Origin: Girardia tigrina
Lineage: Eukaryota
Length of the DNA stretch: 51,164 nucleotides
NCBI GenBank assembly: GCA_001938485.1
Contig: MQRK01206504.1
Location: forward strand, 1-51,164
Reading direction: 5' to 3'
The position numbers and the translations under genes were made by a program. The notes beneath the pieces were generated by a model that did no database searches, was not told the origin of the DNA, and saw only the letters and a list, made by a program, of their open reading frames with translations. Position 1 is the first letter of the stretch. Every line of letters starts with the position of its first letter. Shown piece after piece: positions 35,666-48,779 of this stretch.

Positions 35666-35777
35666 TATATATTTTATTTAATTTAATGTTTTTATTTCAA
35701 TTGCTTTTATCTATTTAATTTACTTTAATTTATTTTTTTTCTTATTTAAATTATTGTTTGGGTTCAACTAAAGGGTC

Positions 35778-36263
35778 TGTGAGAAATATTTTAAATTGTT
35801 TGAATGTGTAAATGTATGGATGCTGTATGTTGATTTAAGTATGTTGAATTTAGAATGGTGATTATCCCACCCAGATGGAAATTAGTATTTTTTTATTAAG
35901 TTTAAAGTGATTGATTATTCGAACATAATTAAAATAATCATTTTATAAATTCCTATCTTTAATTTCAGAATTAAAATTAAGTTTAATTTTTAGTAAAATT
36001 TAAATTAAATGCATTTTTAATAATTTGATGTCATTTTTATTATTTTTGGATTTATTGAAAAATGGTAAAAATTAATATTTTTTAGAGGTTAAATATTTTA
36101 AAAAATAATTTAGAAAAATTGTTCAAATAATCATGATTAAAAACAGAAATAAGAAAACCAATCAGAACGATGGAGAACGATGAAAGACCTTCTGAGAGTC
36201 TTAATGACTCTAAATGTAATTGCAATAAAGATTTGAACGAGACTTGTTTAAATGTTCTTAATA
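35778..36263 (+). mobile_element. Solo LTR, Gypsy family A
   Basis: Starts TGTGAGAAATATT, contains cccacccagatgg, ends tgttcttaata as in 1077-1541. Confidence 0.7.
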
Positions 36264-37300
36264 TAGTCAAAGGCAATCGCAGCGCGACCATTGATTAACT
36301 TTCCTTGTGGATCCATCTGAAAGAATTAACTCATAAGAACCATTACCTGTCTTTCGAGAGAACACAGTGTCATTCTTGAACTTTGATCCACGACTACATC
36401 TAAAACAAACCTTGCTTGTTTGCGCAAATAGACTATATGATCCACGCTTCTTTGAATATCGCTTCTCTAAACTTCGCGAGACCACTTCAGGCTTTACATT
36501 TACAACTAGGTTTTGGATAACGAATGTACATCAGATAAAAAGGAGTCTGGCCCGTCATTTCACATGGTTCGCCTCTCATACCATAAAACAGCGCGTTGAA
36601 CAGCACCTCCAAAGAATCATCGTTATTTTCCTTGACTTTCATCAACCGTTGTTTGAAGGTGCGATGCATCCGTTCTACGACAAATATTTTTCTTTACCGC
36701 TTCCGATGCCACTCGAAGTCCGAATAGGAACACTTGTAGTTGGAACCATTCTTGTTGTTCTGACGCGATTCCTTTAATTGATTTTTCTGGTCGGAGGTTA
36801 CTGGAGTGAAATTCTACGTAAGTATCTCGTGAATAGGGACACAGGGCTCTAGGAGTGCTACTTTACGGAGTCATAATCATTTTGATCTCCATTCAGCATT
36901 CTTGAAAATAAATCAAATGAGCGCTCTTCCAGGAGCACTGGAAGGGCTGATATCTTGTCGATGTCCCAAATTGCTGCAGTTGCCTAAAATTTGCTGCACA
37001 AAACCCTGAAGTCCGTGGGTCATCAAATAGACGGACCAAGTCTGAGAATTTAATCCTTTTCATACGATTGTTGCCAACACAAAACAGGAAATTAATATCA
37101 AGACTAATATTTATTTGTTAATTCAAATTCGCCACGAACCCTTTCGTGTTTTAAAGCAATTCTGCATTATTGTCCTTAATTTCACAAATTATTTTTAGTT
37201 GAAAACTTTCCATGCTTATTGGGAATCTTTATTTTATTCTCTTTGCTTCAAAATTTTCAATATACTCATACATTATACATGAATGATGTTATGGAATAAG
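36264..37300 (-). mobile_element. Internally deleted Gypsy, family B (gag N-terminus fused to integrase C-terminus)
   Basis: The gag segment is homologous to 16000-16260; integrase ERMHRTFKQRL...TGQTPFYLM; PBS-like TGGCAACA near 37069-37076; right boundary approximate. Confidence 0.7.
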
Positions 37301-37585
37301 AAATTATCACTAAACAAAATATCAATGAGTCTTGTCAAATATAATCGAATAAGAATAAGAAAAGTAATTTAAAGGTAAATTGTAATGTGATAGGAAATGT
37401 AATAGGAAATATCGAAATACTCATTTGTTCCGTTTTTTCAGTAAAAATGATTTTCGACTGATCTGAAATGGAATTAGAGACAATGATTTAGGGCCAATAA
37501 TTGTGGAATTTGTACGTCATTAAAATACAATTTAAAATTTTTAATTTTCCCTATTGTTGGGTATTAGAAAACTTTAATATAATTA

Positions 37586-38146
37586 CGAGGGGTGTTCCGA
37601 AAGTAAGTGTAAATACTTATATGCGGCTGTGCGCGCGTGTGTACATCTTACAGAGGGACAGATAGCGTGGTGGCGTGATGTACTTACCAGCCAATAGAAA
37701 TCGAGCAAAAGTGGCATTGGTCCATGCAACATGTGAGCAACATAGAGGAAACTGTCATAGGAAGTGTTTTCATTTTTGTTTAACACATGGAAGACGCAGT
37801 ACGTTCTCAGCGTGCCATCATCTTTTTCCTTTGGAAAGTGTCTGACATTGTGCACCGCTTATCAAATGTGTTTTAAGGAAGAGCCCTGCAAAAGTCTGCC
37901 TTCTACAATTGGGTGCATCAATTCGAAAATGGACGTGAATCCTTGGACGACAAGGACAGGAGTGGACGTCCAGCAACGACGAGCACGGTAGAAAATGTGG
38001 AAAAAGTGTCGGAGACCATCAATACAAATCACTGCCTTACCAAGTTTGACAGTGATGAGGATGATGAATGACATTGTATTCCTTCAATAAATGCTTTCTT
38101 GTGGTGTCGTCTCCTTTTTTTCCACTTACTTTCGGAACGCCCCTCG
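37586..38146 (+). mobile_element. Internally deleted mariner (irritans-like TIR)
   Basis: TIR CGAGGGG(T/C)GTTCCGAAAGTAAGTG, TA TSD; HTH remnant QRAIIFFLW...YNWVHQFENGRESLDDKDRSGRP. Confidence 0.9.
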
Positions 38147-38886
38147 TATTTACTTTTTAAAACACAAATTTTAAATCTTTAATCGTAAATCTTTATTCTT
38201 CAAACTTTATATCTTTAATCTGTAATCTTAAATCTTTGATCTGACTCCAATTAATCAGAAAGGACTTCCAACATAAATATATGAATATTGAACACAAATT
38301 CTTTATGAAACTTTATTTCAAATAACAAAAATTAACAAGTCAAAAATAATAATAATAATTCAATTTTTGATGACAGAACACAAACACAAATCAATATTTC
38401 GTATGAGTTAACAGATTACAGTAAAGGCTGTGAATCTCCAAAAACGAACGATGATTTCATTAAAATTTAAAAACCTTTTTCTCCCATACGGGATATTTAT
38501 GGTTTCTTTAAAAATAATATTTAAAGGATAAAATAAAAATAAAATAAATTTGGTATTCACTTTACTTGATTACGTGAACTCTTCTTAGGCGAATTTTTCA
38601 GCAAATATTTTTGGGTAAACTAAAACTAAATTTGCTGCTGTTTATATAGTTATTTTCATCAGCCTTGAAAATTGATAAAGTAAAACAAAGACTAAAATAT
38701 TTATAATTTTTAATTCCAAGATTTATTAAACTAAATATTATTTTATTTGAAATTAATAATTTCACCAAAAGATTTATTTAAAATTTTTTCCTATATAAAA
38801 TTTTATCAAAAGTGTTCACATGTATTTTTCGAAACCCTAACACTATTAAAACATTAAAGGTATAATGTTAAAAAATTATGTATGCA

Positions 38887-39567
38887 TGTAGTGTGTGTTA
38901 AATTATTATTATATCATTATGTAATGTTGAAGTGTTGACTGCCTGTCTGAACTGCGACGATCAGGACTTCTTATTCGTGCAAAAAACCGTTGACAGAAGA
39001 GTCTGCAGAAGGATATGTTGGTTCCAGTGACCCGGCCCGAACGAGTGGTTGTCGATTGGCATGTACTCGAGCAATCATCTCCCGGTCTGATTGACACCTG
39101 AAGCGCGACCCCCGAAAGACCTGCATCAGATCGATCTGAAATCCTTTCCCCGATCGTTCCCGCTTGACCTAGTCAGTTATCCGGATCACTGTCTGCTGTC
39201 GTCGACCCATTATGCTCGTTCGGAGTTTCATCATCGGAACTGGTGGTTACGCCTGTCGTTGCGATTGCGACCGCTAGGACGCACCCGTTGAAATCGAGTG
39301 ACAGTGATAGCAAAGTGATTGAGTGTTCGCCCCATCGACGCTTGGGTGCATTATATCGAATCATAATCATTATATGTCAAGGAAAAGCAAGATAAATGTT
39401 AAACGTACCAATAAAGTTAAGACCGCATTCATTCGTTTTAGTTTATTTCCATACAAATTCTCATATAATTTACACTTAAATTTAAATTGTGTTGTTTATT
39501 TCGTTCATTCAAACAAAGCATCATTTTTTATTATTTCATTATTTGGTCTTTACAGTGAAGCACCACA
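38887..39567 (+). mobile_element. Possible solo LTR with a GC-rich core
   Basis: TGTAGTG...CACCACA near-inverted termini, GC-rich non-coding interior, AATAAA near 39410; no TSD found. Confidence 0.35.
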
Positions 39568-39620
39568 AATGTTTTTAAGTTTGTATTTTTGAGTATGCTT
39601 ATTTTTTCTATCCTCTATAA

Positions 39621-39690
39621 CCGTAGTTCTCAATCTTTTTGAAATCGGGGAACACTTAACTTTAACATGTATTTTTGCGGAACACGTACA
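39621..39690 (+). mobile_element. Truncated end of a Buster-type hAT MITE
   Basis: ccgtagttctcaa resembles the TIR of 29862-30275 and is followed by GGAACAC repeats. Confidence 0.5.
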
Positions 39691-40064
39691 ATAATACTAC
39701 CCCTCGAAAATGTTAATGTTATATTATAATGCAAAATCAGTCAATTTTGACTAGTAAGTGTTTCTGATTTGTTTATATTTAAAATTTCATAATATAGATG
39801 CACTATTTAAATGTTAAATTGCCCTATGAAAATGTAAACATGTATAAAGAATAAAATTTAATTTTAAATTGTGAAAAATTACCCGTTTAAAATTATCTAT
39901 GCTCGGTTTTCAACATTAGTGAAGTAGTTTTAAACCAGTACAAACAACATTATTATTATTGTATTGAAAATACAAAACAGGTGTAAATCATCTAAAGGTT
40001 TTCATAATTAATTTATTGATAAAAAATATAAATTTAAAAAAAAATCAATTGATAGGAATACAAA

Positions 40065-42137
40065 ATGACTGTTAAATCGTCTCAAATATTCCTGCCGGCA
40101 ACCGTAAACATTATGGCCCAACTTATAGCGTCGAACAAAGACGAATTCGAAAATGAGATTTCCTATTTCAAGGAGAAATTGCTTAACGGTTACACATACG
40201 TTTTTCCGAAACCCTTTATGAGACTGATCGATCTGGAGAGCTTAAAATTTAATTTCAATGACGAATTGAATATCGCTCTGCAATTCATAAATTCCTTCAA
40301 CCAATTGTTCACCCAAGTCAGCGCCGATGAGCCGATCGGGTTTTTTAAAATGTGTAGAGCGTACAATTTGCTAACGGGTTGTAACTTGAAAATGGTGCCG
40401 TATTTATTGAATCAATCGAAGGGCAGTGCGATAATGACGGGTCTGACGCGACAATTGTTGAAATGTATTCCATTTTATACGTCCTATCAAGAAATCGAGT
40501 TTCATTTGTTGTATAAAGTTTTGAAACTTTTATACGCTCTCGATTGTATAATCGAGCAAATGCTCTTAGAAGAAGAGGAAGACAATTTGCCGAATTTATT
40601 TCTCCATTACGTTCTTCAATGCATAAAATATTACCGATTTGCGTCAGAGTTACACAAAATCGAGACGGAATTGAGCGACATATTTAACGGCAACTCGACC
40701 TCGGCTAAAGGAATAATCTTTCTGAAAATCGGATTTGATTTTCGAACGAAATTATTCTATGCGACCAAATTCGAGATTCTACCGGGTTTGAGAAAGATTT
40801 TAGATATGAATTCGGAAGTCTATCAGATGGATTTATTGAATCTTCAAACGAAAATTCAAACCTGGTTGAATCGTACGCAGTATTATTTGACAGTTAAGCT
40901 GAAATTCAACGAAATCGGCCTACACATACTTGGCAAACTCGAGAACTCAAATTCGTATTCTCAGTCGCAAAACATCTTTTTCAAGGATAATGATAGGAAA
41001 TACAAAACATTTTTCCATCTACCGATATTTAAGTTTAGTGATTTAGAAAAATATTTCATTAACAATCCGGAAAATGTTCTTCCAATCCAAATATTTACTC
41101 TTATTAATAACGCTTTTAAAAACCCAGAAGGTGTTCTGACGTTCTTAGGCATCTTGACTCCTTTAATGACTTTGTTAGCGGTTCAAAATGCAATCATGTA
41201 CGAAACAAAAGTCATTCAACCGATTTTAATATTCAACGCATTGTTAGAAAAATCAGAAATCTTTAATGAAAAAGATGTAAATTACTATTTTGAACTTTAT
41301 TTCTTGGCAGAACGATTTATTTACAATAGTTCTTATAAATTAAATAAAGAAGCCTTTCAACAGTTTTTCCTCTTTGGATCAAGTCATGACAGAATCCATA
41401 CCGTACAATTACTAAATATGTTTAAGACAAACTACGAAAATGTTCATAAAACGTTATTTGGATTAGCGTCCACTAAAGCTATAGTAGCATATAATCACAT
41501 TTTAGGTGCCGCATTTAACAATCAAATTGGGTTGCATAAATTCAGATCTATTCAAAGATCATATCAAAGACTTCAAACGTTATCTAGTGAGACAACGAAT
41601 GCCTCAGAATTTAGTATGTTTTTTTTGAGGACCATTAGAGATATTGTCATGAAAGACTTTCAAAACGAAGCTGAAATGTATCTGAATTACACAATAAATG
41701 TACTAAAAGAATCTATTCCAAGTTTTATGTTTCCTGTAGAACTACAACAGGTTGTGGAAAACATATATTCTAAAGGGCAAATAAACGAAGCATACGCAGC
41801 ATTTAAAAGCCAAATTAATAAAATTAAAGAAAGAAAATTATTAAATGATAATAAATTTGAAAAAGAACGAATCATTCAAAGTTTAAGTTGGTTTTTAAAA
41901 CAATTTGAAGAAGAAATTAATTTAAACGACATTCAAATTCAACAAAGTAGAAATATATTTCTCAATTTTTTAGATTTAGAAATTCTGCATAAACAGGACA
42001 AATTTGTACAAGAAATAAAAGCCGGCTTGCTTGGCAGACCCCTTTTTAACAAATTTGAAATAAATGATCAAGAAAGTGTAAGATGGTTATCAGATAATAG
42101 AAAGACTATTGACACAAATGCCGTTCCTGATGAATGA
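40065..42137 (+). CDS. Intronless hypothetical protein (690 aa), probably largely alpha-helical; no recognised domain
   Basis: 2073-nt uninterrupted ATG-TGA ORF in very AT-rich DNA, far beyond chance length. Confidence 0.85.
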   Translation: MTVKSSQIFLPATVNIMAQLIASNKDEFENEISYFKEKLLNGYTYVFPKPFMRLIDLESLKFNFNDELNIALQFINSFNQLFTQVSADEPIGFFKMCRAYNLLTGCNLKMVPYLLNQSKGSAIMTGLTRQLLKCIPFYTSYQEIEFHLLYKVLKLLYALDCIIEQMLLEEEEDNLPNLFLHYVLQCIKYYRFASELHKIETELSDIFNGNSTSAKGIIFLKIGFDFRTKLFYATKFEILPGLRKILDMNSEVYQMDLLNLQTKIQTWLNRTQYYLTVKLKFNEIGLHILGKLENSNSYSQSQNIFFKDNDRKYKTFFHLPIFKFSDLEKYFINNPENVLPIQIFTLINNAFKNPEGVLTFLGILTPLMTLLAVQNAIMYETKVIQPILIFNALLEKSEIFNEKDVNYYFELYFLAERFIYNSSYKLNKEAFQQFFLFGSSHDRIHTVQLLNMFKTNYENVHKTLFGLASTKAIVAYNHILGAAFNNQIGLHKFRSIQRSYQRLQTLSSETTNASEFSMFFLRTIRDIVMKDFQNEAEMYLNYTINVLKESIPSFMFPVELQQVVENIYSKGQINEAYAAFKSQINKIKERKLLNDNKFEKERIIQSLSWFLKQFEEEINLNDIQIQQSRNIFLNFLDLEILHKQDKFVQEIKAGLLGRPLFNKFEINDQESVRWLSDNRKTIDTNAVPDE

Positions 42138-42314
42138 AATTGTTTCATTTATGATCTAAAAATATAAATATAAAATTATAATACATATAATTTATTATTT
42201 TTTAAAATTTTGTATTCAATTTTCATATTTTTTAAGCTCCTACTTGGAATTTCTTAGGAAAAAATTGACACAGTGATCACTTTCCATTCTTTTTATTAGC
42301 ATGATTTCTATATA

Positions 42315-43589
42315 TTAGGTTGGTCGAAAAATAATAGCGGTTTTGGGACACAAACTTCAAAGACGTGCAAATTCTCAGAAACAAAAGTTTATTAATCAAA
42401 GTATGAACCGTTGGCATCAATACATTTTTGCCAACGAGAAACAAGTTGTTTTATTCCATCAGCATAAAATGCATCGGTTCTCGAAGCGACGAATTCATGG
42501 AAGGCATTTAGAGCATCATTTTGGTTTTTGAAATTTTTTTCACGTAGGAAGTTGTACAAATGCCTGAAAAAGTAGAAGTCCTTTGTCGAGAGGTTTGGTG
42601 AATATGGTGGATGAAGCAGGGTTTCATAGCCCAACTCATTAAGCTTTTGAAGAGTCACTTTTTAAATATGAGGTTATCATGAAGAAGGATGGGACTTTTT
42701 CGATTGACCAATCCCGGACAAAGGGTTTTCAATTTTTTATGCATTTCATCAATTTCATGACAGTACTTCTCCGCTCTGATTGTTTCACCTGGATTCAAGA
42801 AACTATAGTGGATGATTCCAGTATCACACCACCAAACTGTCATCATAACCTTACGGGGTGTTAGTTTCGGTTTTGGAAAGTGTTTCGGTACTTCATCTTT
42901 GTCCAACCACTGTGTAGATCGATGTCGGTTATCATACAGGATCCATTTCTCATCACAGGTAACAACACGATCAAGATATGGATCGTTTTTATTGCGAAGA
43001 TAATTGGCAGTACAAATTTCATAGCGTCGGTTCTTTTGATTTTCATTCAAATCATGTGGAACCCATTAATCAAGTTTCTTGATTTTTCCAAGTTGTTTTA
43101 AATGATCCAGGACTGTTGAATGACTAATGCCCAACCCATCTGCAAGTTCTCTGATTGTTGTACGGGGATCTGTTTCCACCATTATCCTCAAATTGTCGTT
43201 TGTCACAGCAACTGGACGACCACGACCTTCTTCATCTTCAATGTTTTCATCTCCATCAAAAAATTTTCGGAACCATCGTTGCACTGTGCACTCAGAAGCT
43301 GTTCCCTTGTAAAACGCTTTATTGATATTGCGAGCCGTTTCTGCTGCTTTACGACCCAGTTTATATTCGTACAAGAAAATTACTCGAATTTTAATTTTTC
43401 CATTATTAATTTAGCACCATAAATATTCTAAAAAATAACAGCAATATGTTAATAATGGCTATAGGAATATACAGCTAGGTATAAGATTTCAAATAATATC
43501 TAACACTAATGCATTTAAACTTATATACATATCAAAGTAGATAAACAAAGTATAAAGCTCACAAACCGCCATTATTTTTCGACCAACCT

Positions 43590-43591
<2 letters not shown>
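42315..43591 (-). mobile_element. Full-length mariner (cecropia/Hsmar1-like, DD34D); frameshifted transposase
   Basis: TIR TTAGGTTGGTCGAAAAATAATRGCGGTTT; motifs WVPH, VTCDEKW, LLHDN, HPPYSPNLSTKDF split over three ORFs. Confidence 0.93.

Positions 43592-43592
<1 letters not shown>

Positions 43593-43628
<36 letters not shown>
43593..43628. repeat. (TA)n microsatellite
   Basis: Visible run abutting the mariner TIR. Confidence 0.9.
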
Positions 43629-43629
<1 letters not shown>

Positions 43630-43637
43630 TTTATGTG

Positions 43638-43731
43638 TGTATCCATGGAATTTAAAAACCTATTTTTCAAGGCCTTTTACTCAATCAATTTTCTCCAAAC
43701 TTTGCACGCTTACTCATTTTCGATGACAATA
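43638..43731 (+). repeat. Dispersed repeat, second copy at ~50546-50636
   Basis: ttttactcaatcaattttctYcaaactttgcacRcttactcattttYgatgacaata is shared. Confidence 0.7.
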
Positions 43732-44650
43732 TAGTCGCATTCAATTAATAGTTAAGTTTTCGACAGTTAATTGTAAATTCCATAGTAAAAATCTTAATCT
43801 AAAAATAAATACCCAATCACAATACAAAGATAAATTGAAATCTTACTTTGAAAATAGCTTGTAAGAGTTAATAGTATTCTTATGCACCCGTTTTCTTCTT
43901 AATAGGGTATTATGCCACTTAAATAGGGCACTCTATACATAAGATTAAAAAAACTAACAAGATAAATGCTAACTCACCACTGAAAATCAATCATTTTTTC
44001 ATTTTAATATAACATGTTCATTTTAAAGAGTATTAATATATGAAGAGATTAGAAAAAATAAATATACATGCAAAAAACACATACAAACTACAAACACACC
44101 AAAAAATTCAAAGTCACACTAATATACATACATAATATTTTTTGCATTTTCATAGGGTCATTTTCTTTTTGATAGGGCAATTTTAAATTACAATTAACAA
44201 AATTTTTTAAATTTTTTAAGAAATAATTTCCAAACTGAAATACAAATATGGAAATTTATTACTCGGAAATCATCGTCCCTCTAAAGAAAACCAAAATAAA
44301 GATGCAATACACGAAAAAATAAATTTCGTGTCATTTCTAAATACTTAAAATGACAAGAATTGAATAATTTAATTTGAGGACGGTTAATACATCTTCATAC
44401 AAAATTCACAAATTATTCCTCAAACGATCATCAATATAATATATAAGCAGAATAAACAAAATCAGACATTAAAAGCAAATATTCCTTAAATTTTATTTAA
44501 TATTAACAAATATGTTTCTCTGCACAAAACATCAAAAAGCGATATTTGCCTTTACCAAATTCAATGGTATTTTTCGTGACTTCAAGAAATCTAAACGCGT
44601 TTCGCAAATATTGGCCACCCACAACACCAAATTCCAAAGTCACTCGATCG

Positions 44651-47384
44651 CTGTGGTTCCAAAACTTTTTTAAGCCGCGACACACTTGTTACTTTAGAAA
44701 AATTCTGCGACACGTCACCAAGCAAATATTTTAAAAAGACTATTAAATAAATTTTACTTATTAAAATCTTATAACTAACATAATTGATGAAATCCATTAA
44801 ACTTTAAGATTAAAGCAGCAACAACCAGAAACTGGGGCAACAAGCTACAACAATAATAAAAAATTATTCAGTGCGACAAATGAGCTTGCTTCTGAGAACA
44901 AATTAAACTCCACCGAGGGTCAAAGGACGACAAACAAACTCGCATTTCATCATCAATTTTAAGAAGTCTTTCTCGCTTTATGGATTTGATTTCAGGTTAA
45001 CCCTCAAAGAGACAGGGTTTTTAATATTGCGTTAAAGGGCCCATGTTAACAAAATGTTAACAAAGATAAATATCCTTTATTTAAGAAATATGAATTCATG
45101 ATATTATAATTAACACAGTAAGCGAAATAAAAACTATATATATTCAACGAACGTTCATTATAGTTAATTCAATTTTACAGTGCAATCACAACAATGAGAA
45201 TATTTCACCAAAACACGATGTTCATTACAGATATGTTTTGTACACACATTGCATTGACTTATCGTATGATTTCCACATTGAAAACATCCACGTACTGTAC
45301 TTTGTGATGACTATTAAGAGAACTCACACATTTGTCAGAACATTTATTATATTCACAATTTTTATCATCTTTATGATGATCAACAGTAAGGCTTTCACTA
45401 GATTCCATCAATCAATTTTTCAATATCTCTNNNNNNNNNNNNNNNNNNNNNNNNNNNNNNNNNNNNNNNNNNNNNNNNNNTTTATTTAAAAATATTTACT
45501 TTAAATTTTATTGGCTGAAATAAAATATTTTTATAGTTATTTTTAAACATTAATTTGATTTTAATTATTTAAAAATTTACAAAAATAAAATCATTAAAAC
45601 TATTTAAAAAGTACAATAATAAAAACTAAAAATTTGAATATTAAATCTAACTTTAAATAAATTAGTTTCAGATTATAAAAATTAAATATTGACAATCCAT
45701 CTGGTTAGGAGAGGCACAATCCCAAATCAACATACAACATTTAAACATACAAAAACTACACAAAAACATCCACACACCAAATATTCCTCACAATGACACT
45801 GGAGATTCATTTATTTTTTGTTGAACATCAAACAATATTTCAATTGCTGATGTAGTGTGACGAGGCAAGTATTTACAATTAAGCTCATATCGTCTGAGAA
45901 CCTGTTTATGAGCTAAGCCAATAGTGAGATCAGATAAAAACTGTCTTTTAAATTTAAATTGTCGAATAAATGGGACAGAAATTTAACTTTTAACCACCAA
46001 ATCTCGTCATTCAAATCAAATCCAAAATCAATATATTTACTTTTAAGGAAGAAAACTACTTCTCCTTTAAGGTGCACAAGTCGTTTCAGCACTTTTCCTT
46101 TTGACAACCAACGAACTTCAGTATGGTATAGCAAACATTTATGATCTGAATCCATAACATTACAAAGTTGAGCAAAAAGTTGTGATTGAAGAGGTCGCGA
46201 CTTAATAAAATTCACTACTTGGATAATTTAACTCATAATAAATCTCAAATCTTCTGGAATTGATTTGGATACTAGATTTTCTCTATAAATCATACAATGG
46301 ACACTGATTATAATTCTACAAATCCCTTTTTTTCCTCGCATTGATGGGCATCCATCAATACAAACACTTACAGAGTTTTTCCACTCAAATTTGAATAGCG
46401 ATACGTTCTCATTAACCAGCTCAAGAATATCTTCTCCTGTTGAAGTACTCTTCAGCTCTTAGCAAAAGAAGAATTCGTTCACAAAACATTCATCCTTGAC
46501 GAATCGAATTAATGCCAGAACCTGAGCTTTTCCACTTATGTCAATGGATTCATCAATTTGAAGTGCCCAAAGCTTGTTTCCAGGTATTTCAAAATGTTCT
46601 CGAACCTGATCTTGCAAATCAGATGATAATTCTTCAATTTTTCTTGAAATTGTATTGTCTGACAGTGGAACTGTTTTTATTTTTTGAGCTGCTTCAGGTC
46701 CGAGCATTGTTTTGACAATAATAGCAAATGCTGGCGCGATAATTATTTCAGCTTCTGTATGTGCTTTTTTGCGTTTAGCAATCAACTGAGCAATCTTGTA
46801 ACTTGCAATTTGAGCTTTCTGAGGGATCTTCAAAAAGTTTGTCATCTTATTCGATTGTTGATTAATTTTGGTTTCTAAGTTCTCAAAATATTCCCTAGAT
46901 TTGGTTTTATGTATTGGATGATTTGTCTCCAAATGTCACATCAGTTTATTTGGAACCAATGATTCATTTGAAAACATTGTATTGCAAATCAAGCAATAAG
47001 GAACTTGTGCATCTTCAGATCCAGATGCAATAATTCCATATTTTATATATTCTTCGCTGAATTTTTGCTTACTTCCTTTTCTTTGACTTGGTGCATTTCC
47101 TTGGCCGTCAGCCTTCCTTAAAAACTTATCCATGTCTATAGGGTATACTAAAAATATTAAAAATCTGTATTTTAATTTTCCTTACTCCATTAAAAATGTT
47201 TTTGATTCTTCGTAATATAAAACTTTAAATTAAAACAAATTTAATTAAGTAAAATATTATATGATATTTTAAAATTTTAAATGTAATATTTTAAGTTAAT
47301 ATTTAAAATTTAAACAATATTTTTTATTATTTCTCTGAAATCTCGCGACACATTTGCACATTTTTGCGACACACTACTGTTTCG
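44651..47384 (-). mobile_element. Buster-group hAT transposon (ZBED5/SCAND3-like transposase pseudogene), interrupted by a solo LTR and truncated by another hAT
   Basis: BED finger PYCLICN...H....H; LSDNTISR; ALQIDESIDISG; CIDG; HCMIYR; LLYHTEVRWLSKGKVL; C-terminal KQAHLSH* near 44868; TIR-like ctgtggttccaaaac; subterminal GCGACAC repeats at both ends. Confidence 0.9.
45312..45792 (-). mobile_element. Solo LTR, Gypsy family A, with 5-bp TSD
   Basis: ATGAC at 45307-45311 and 45793-45797; the element reads TGTGAGGAATATT...CTTAATA on the minus strand. Confidence 0.85.
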
Positions 47385-48620
47385 CAGAGCTGGAGCCGTT
47401 TTAAAAATTACATACCGGTCCGGTCCGGCAGCTTGAAAAATATTACCGGTCCGGTCGGAATTTTTATTTTCATATTATCTTCACAACCGGTGAAATTCCG
47501 GTAACTATCCTTGAAAAATTTTCTAGTTTTTTACAAATAAATTTTAAGGGTGGTTTGTAAACGTTATAACGTAAAGAGTACGCAATAAAAAGATTAAAAA
47601 AATACTTCTTTATTCTAATTTCATTTTTTCTCCCTGTTTCCAGGTACTCTTTTTGAAATTATACTAATTTAAAAGGCGGTATTCTTTAAGAATTTAGGTA
47701 ATTTTGGAATTTAAATCTATAAACAAACTTTTTTTTAATTTATACAGGTTTTTTATTTAAAATTTTTTGCCTTGAAAAAATTCTGAACTTCTGTAAAAAT
47801 ACGAAAATTATATTTTGTCACTTTTCTTGAACAAATATTGTAACGGTTAAATCCTTATTTCATTTCAATGTATTAATCAAAATAAAATGTTAAAGAAAAT
47901 AATATGTTATAAAAATTAAAGAAATAAAATTGTTTTTGATTCCAACTTTAATAAAATATTTTCACGACTTTTCTTTTGATTGTTTCACATTTGGCCACAT
48001 ATTATTAAGGTAAGCTTCTTTAAGTACAACGAGGGCTTCCACACAGTCGGGATCTAGAGAACTTCGGAGTTCTGTCACTATTTGGCCTGCAATAGAGAAG
48101 TGACGTTCACTCTCAGCCGATGACGCATGGATCACCAATAAAGACTTCGAAATTTTGGCAAGATCGAAAGATTTTCTTTATGCTTAAGCCAAAATGTGAA
48201 GAGATTGTTGTCAAAATCGTCATCGATTTCCATATTTTCGTACATATTAATCTGTCGATTTAATTCTGTTGTTATTGTCGCTCGGTTAAAAATTATTGGA
48301 TCTTGTGTCGTTTTTCGATTGAGAAAATCAGCGAAAGGATCATTTTCAATCTTTTCGATGGGGGTGAATTATTTAATGACTGCTGTGTGGTAAGAGGAGT
48401 CTCATAATTTGGGATAATATCAGAGATCAAAATATGCAAACCTTTTCGTAAATTTTTCTTTTATATTTCCAAATACGAACGATCGGAAACAAAAAAGAAT
48501 GATTTAAATGATGTATCCAAGTATGTAGCAACCCAATAAATTGGTAAAATTGAAGATAAGTATTTTTTATCCAGACAAGATCGAATTTTATTATTTTTTT
48601 TAATATTTTTATTTAACAAG
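47385..48620 (-). mobile_element. Ac-group hAT transposon 3' portion
   Basis: Terminus CAGAGCTGG with ACCGG/CCGGT subterminal repeats; YWVATYLDTSFK and dimerization domain ASSAESERHFSIAGQIVTELRSSLDPDCVEAL. Confidence 0.8.
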
Positions 48621-48779
48621 AAACATCTTCCTCCCTTCTGACCGATCATCATCAGAACAATCATTTGTACGCTCCAACAAACAACCGCTCCAATTTTAAA
48701 CAAACAAACATGCAACAAACAGTCAATTAAATTAACTTAAACACTCAAACAACAAACAAACAATTTCAATTTTAATATT

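Noticed and set aside
48635-48660. CTGATGA on the minus strand
   Set aside because: No GAAA at the right distance and no loop for stem II.
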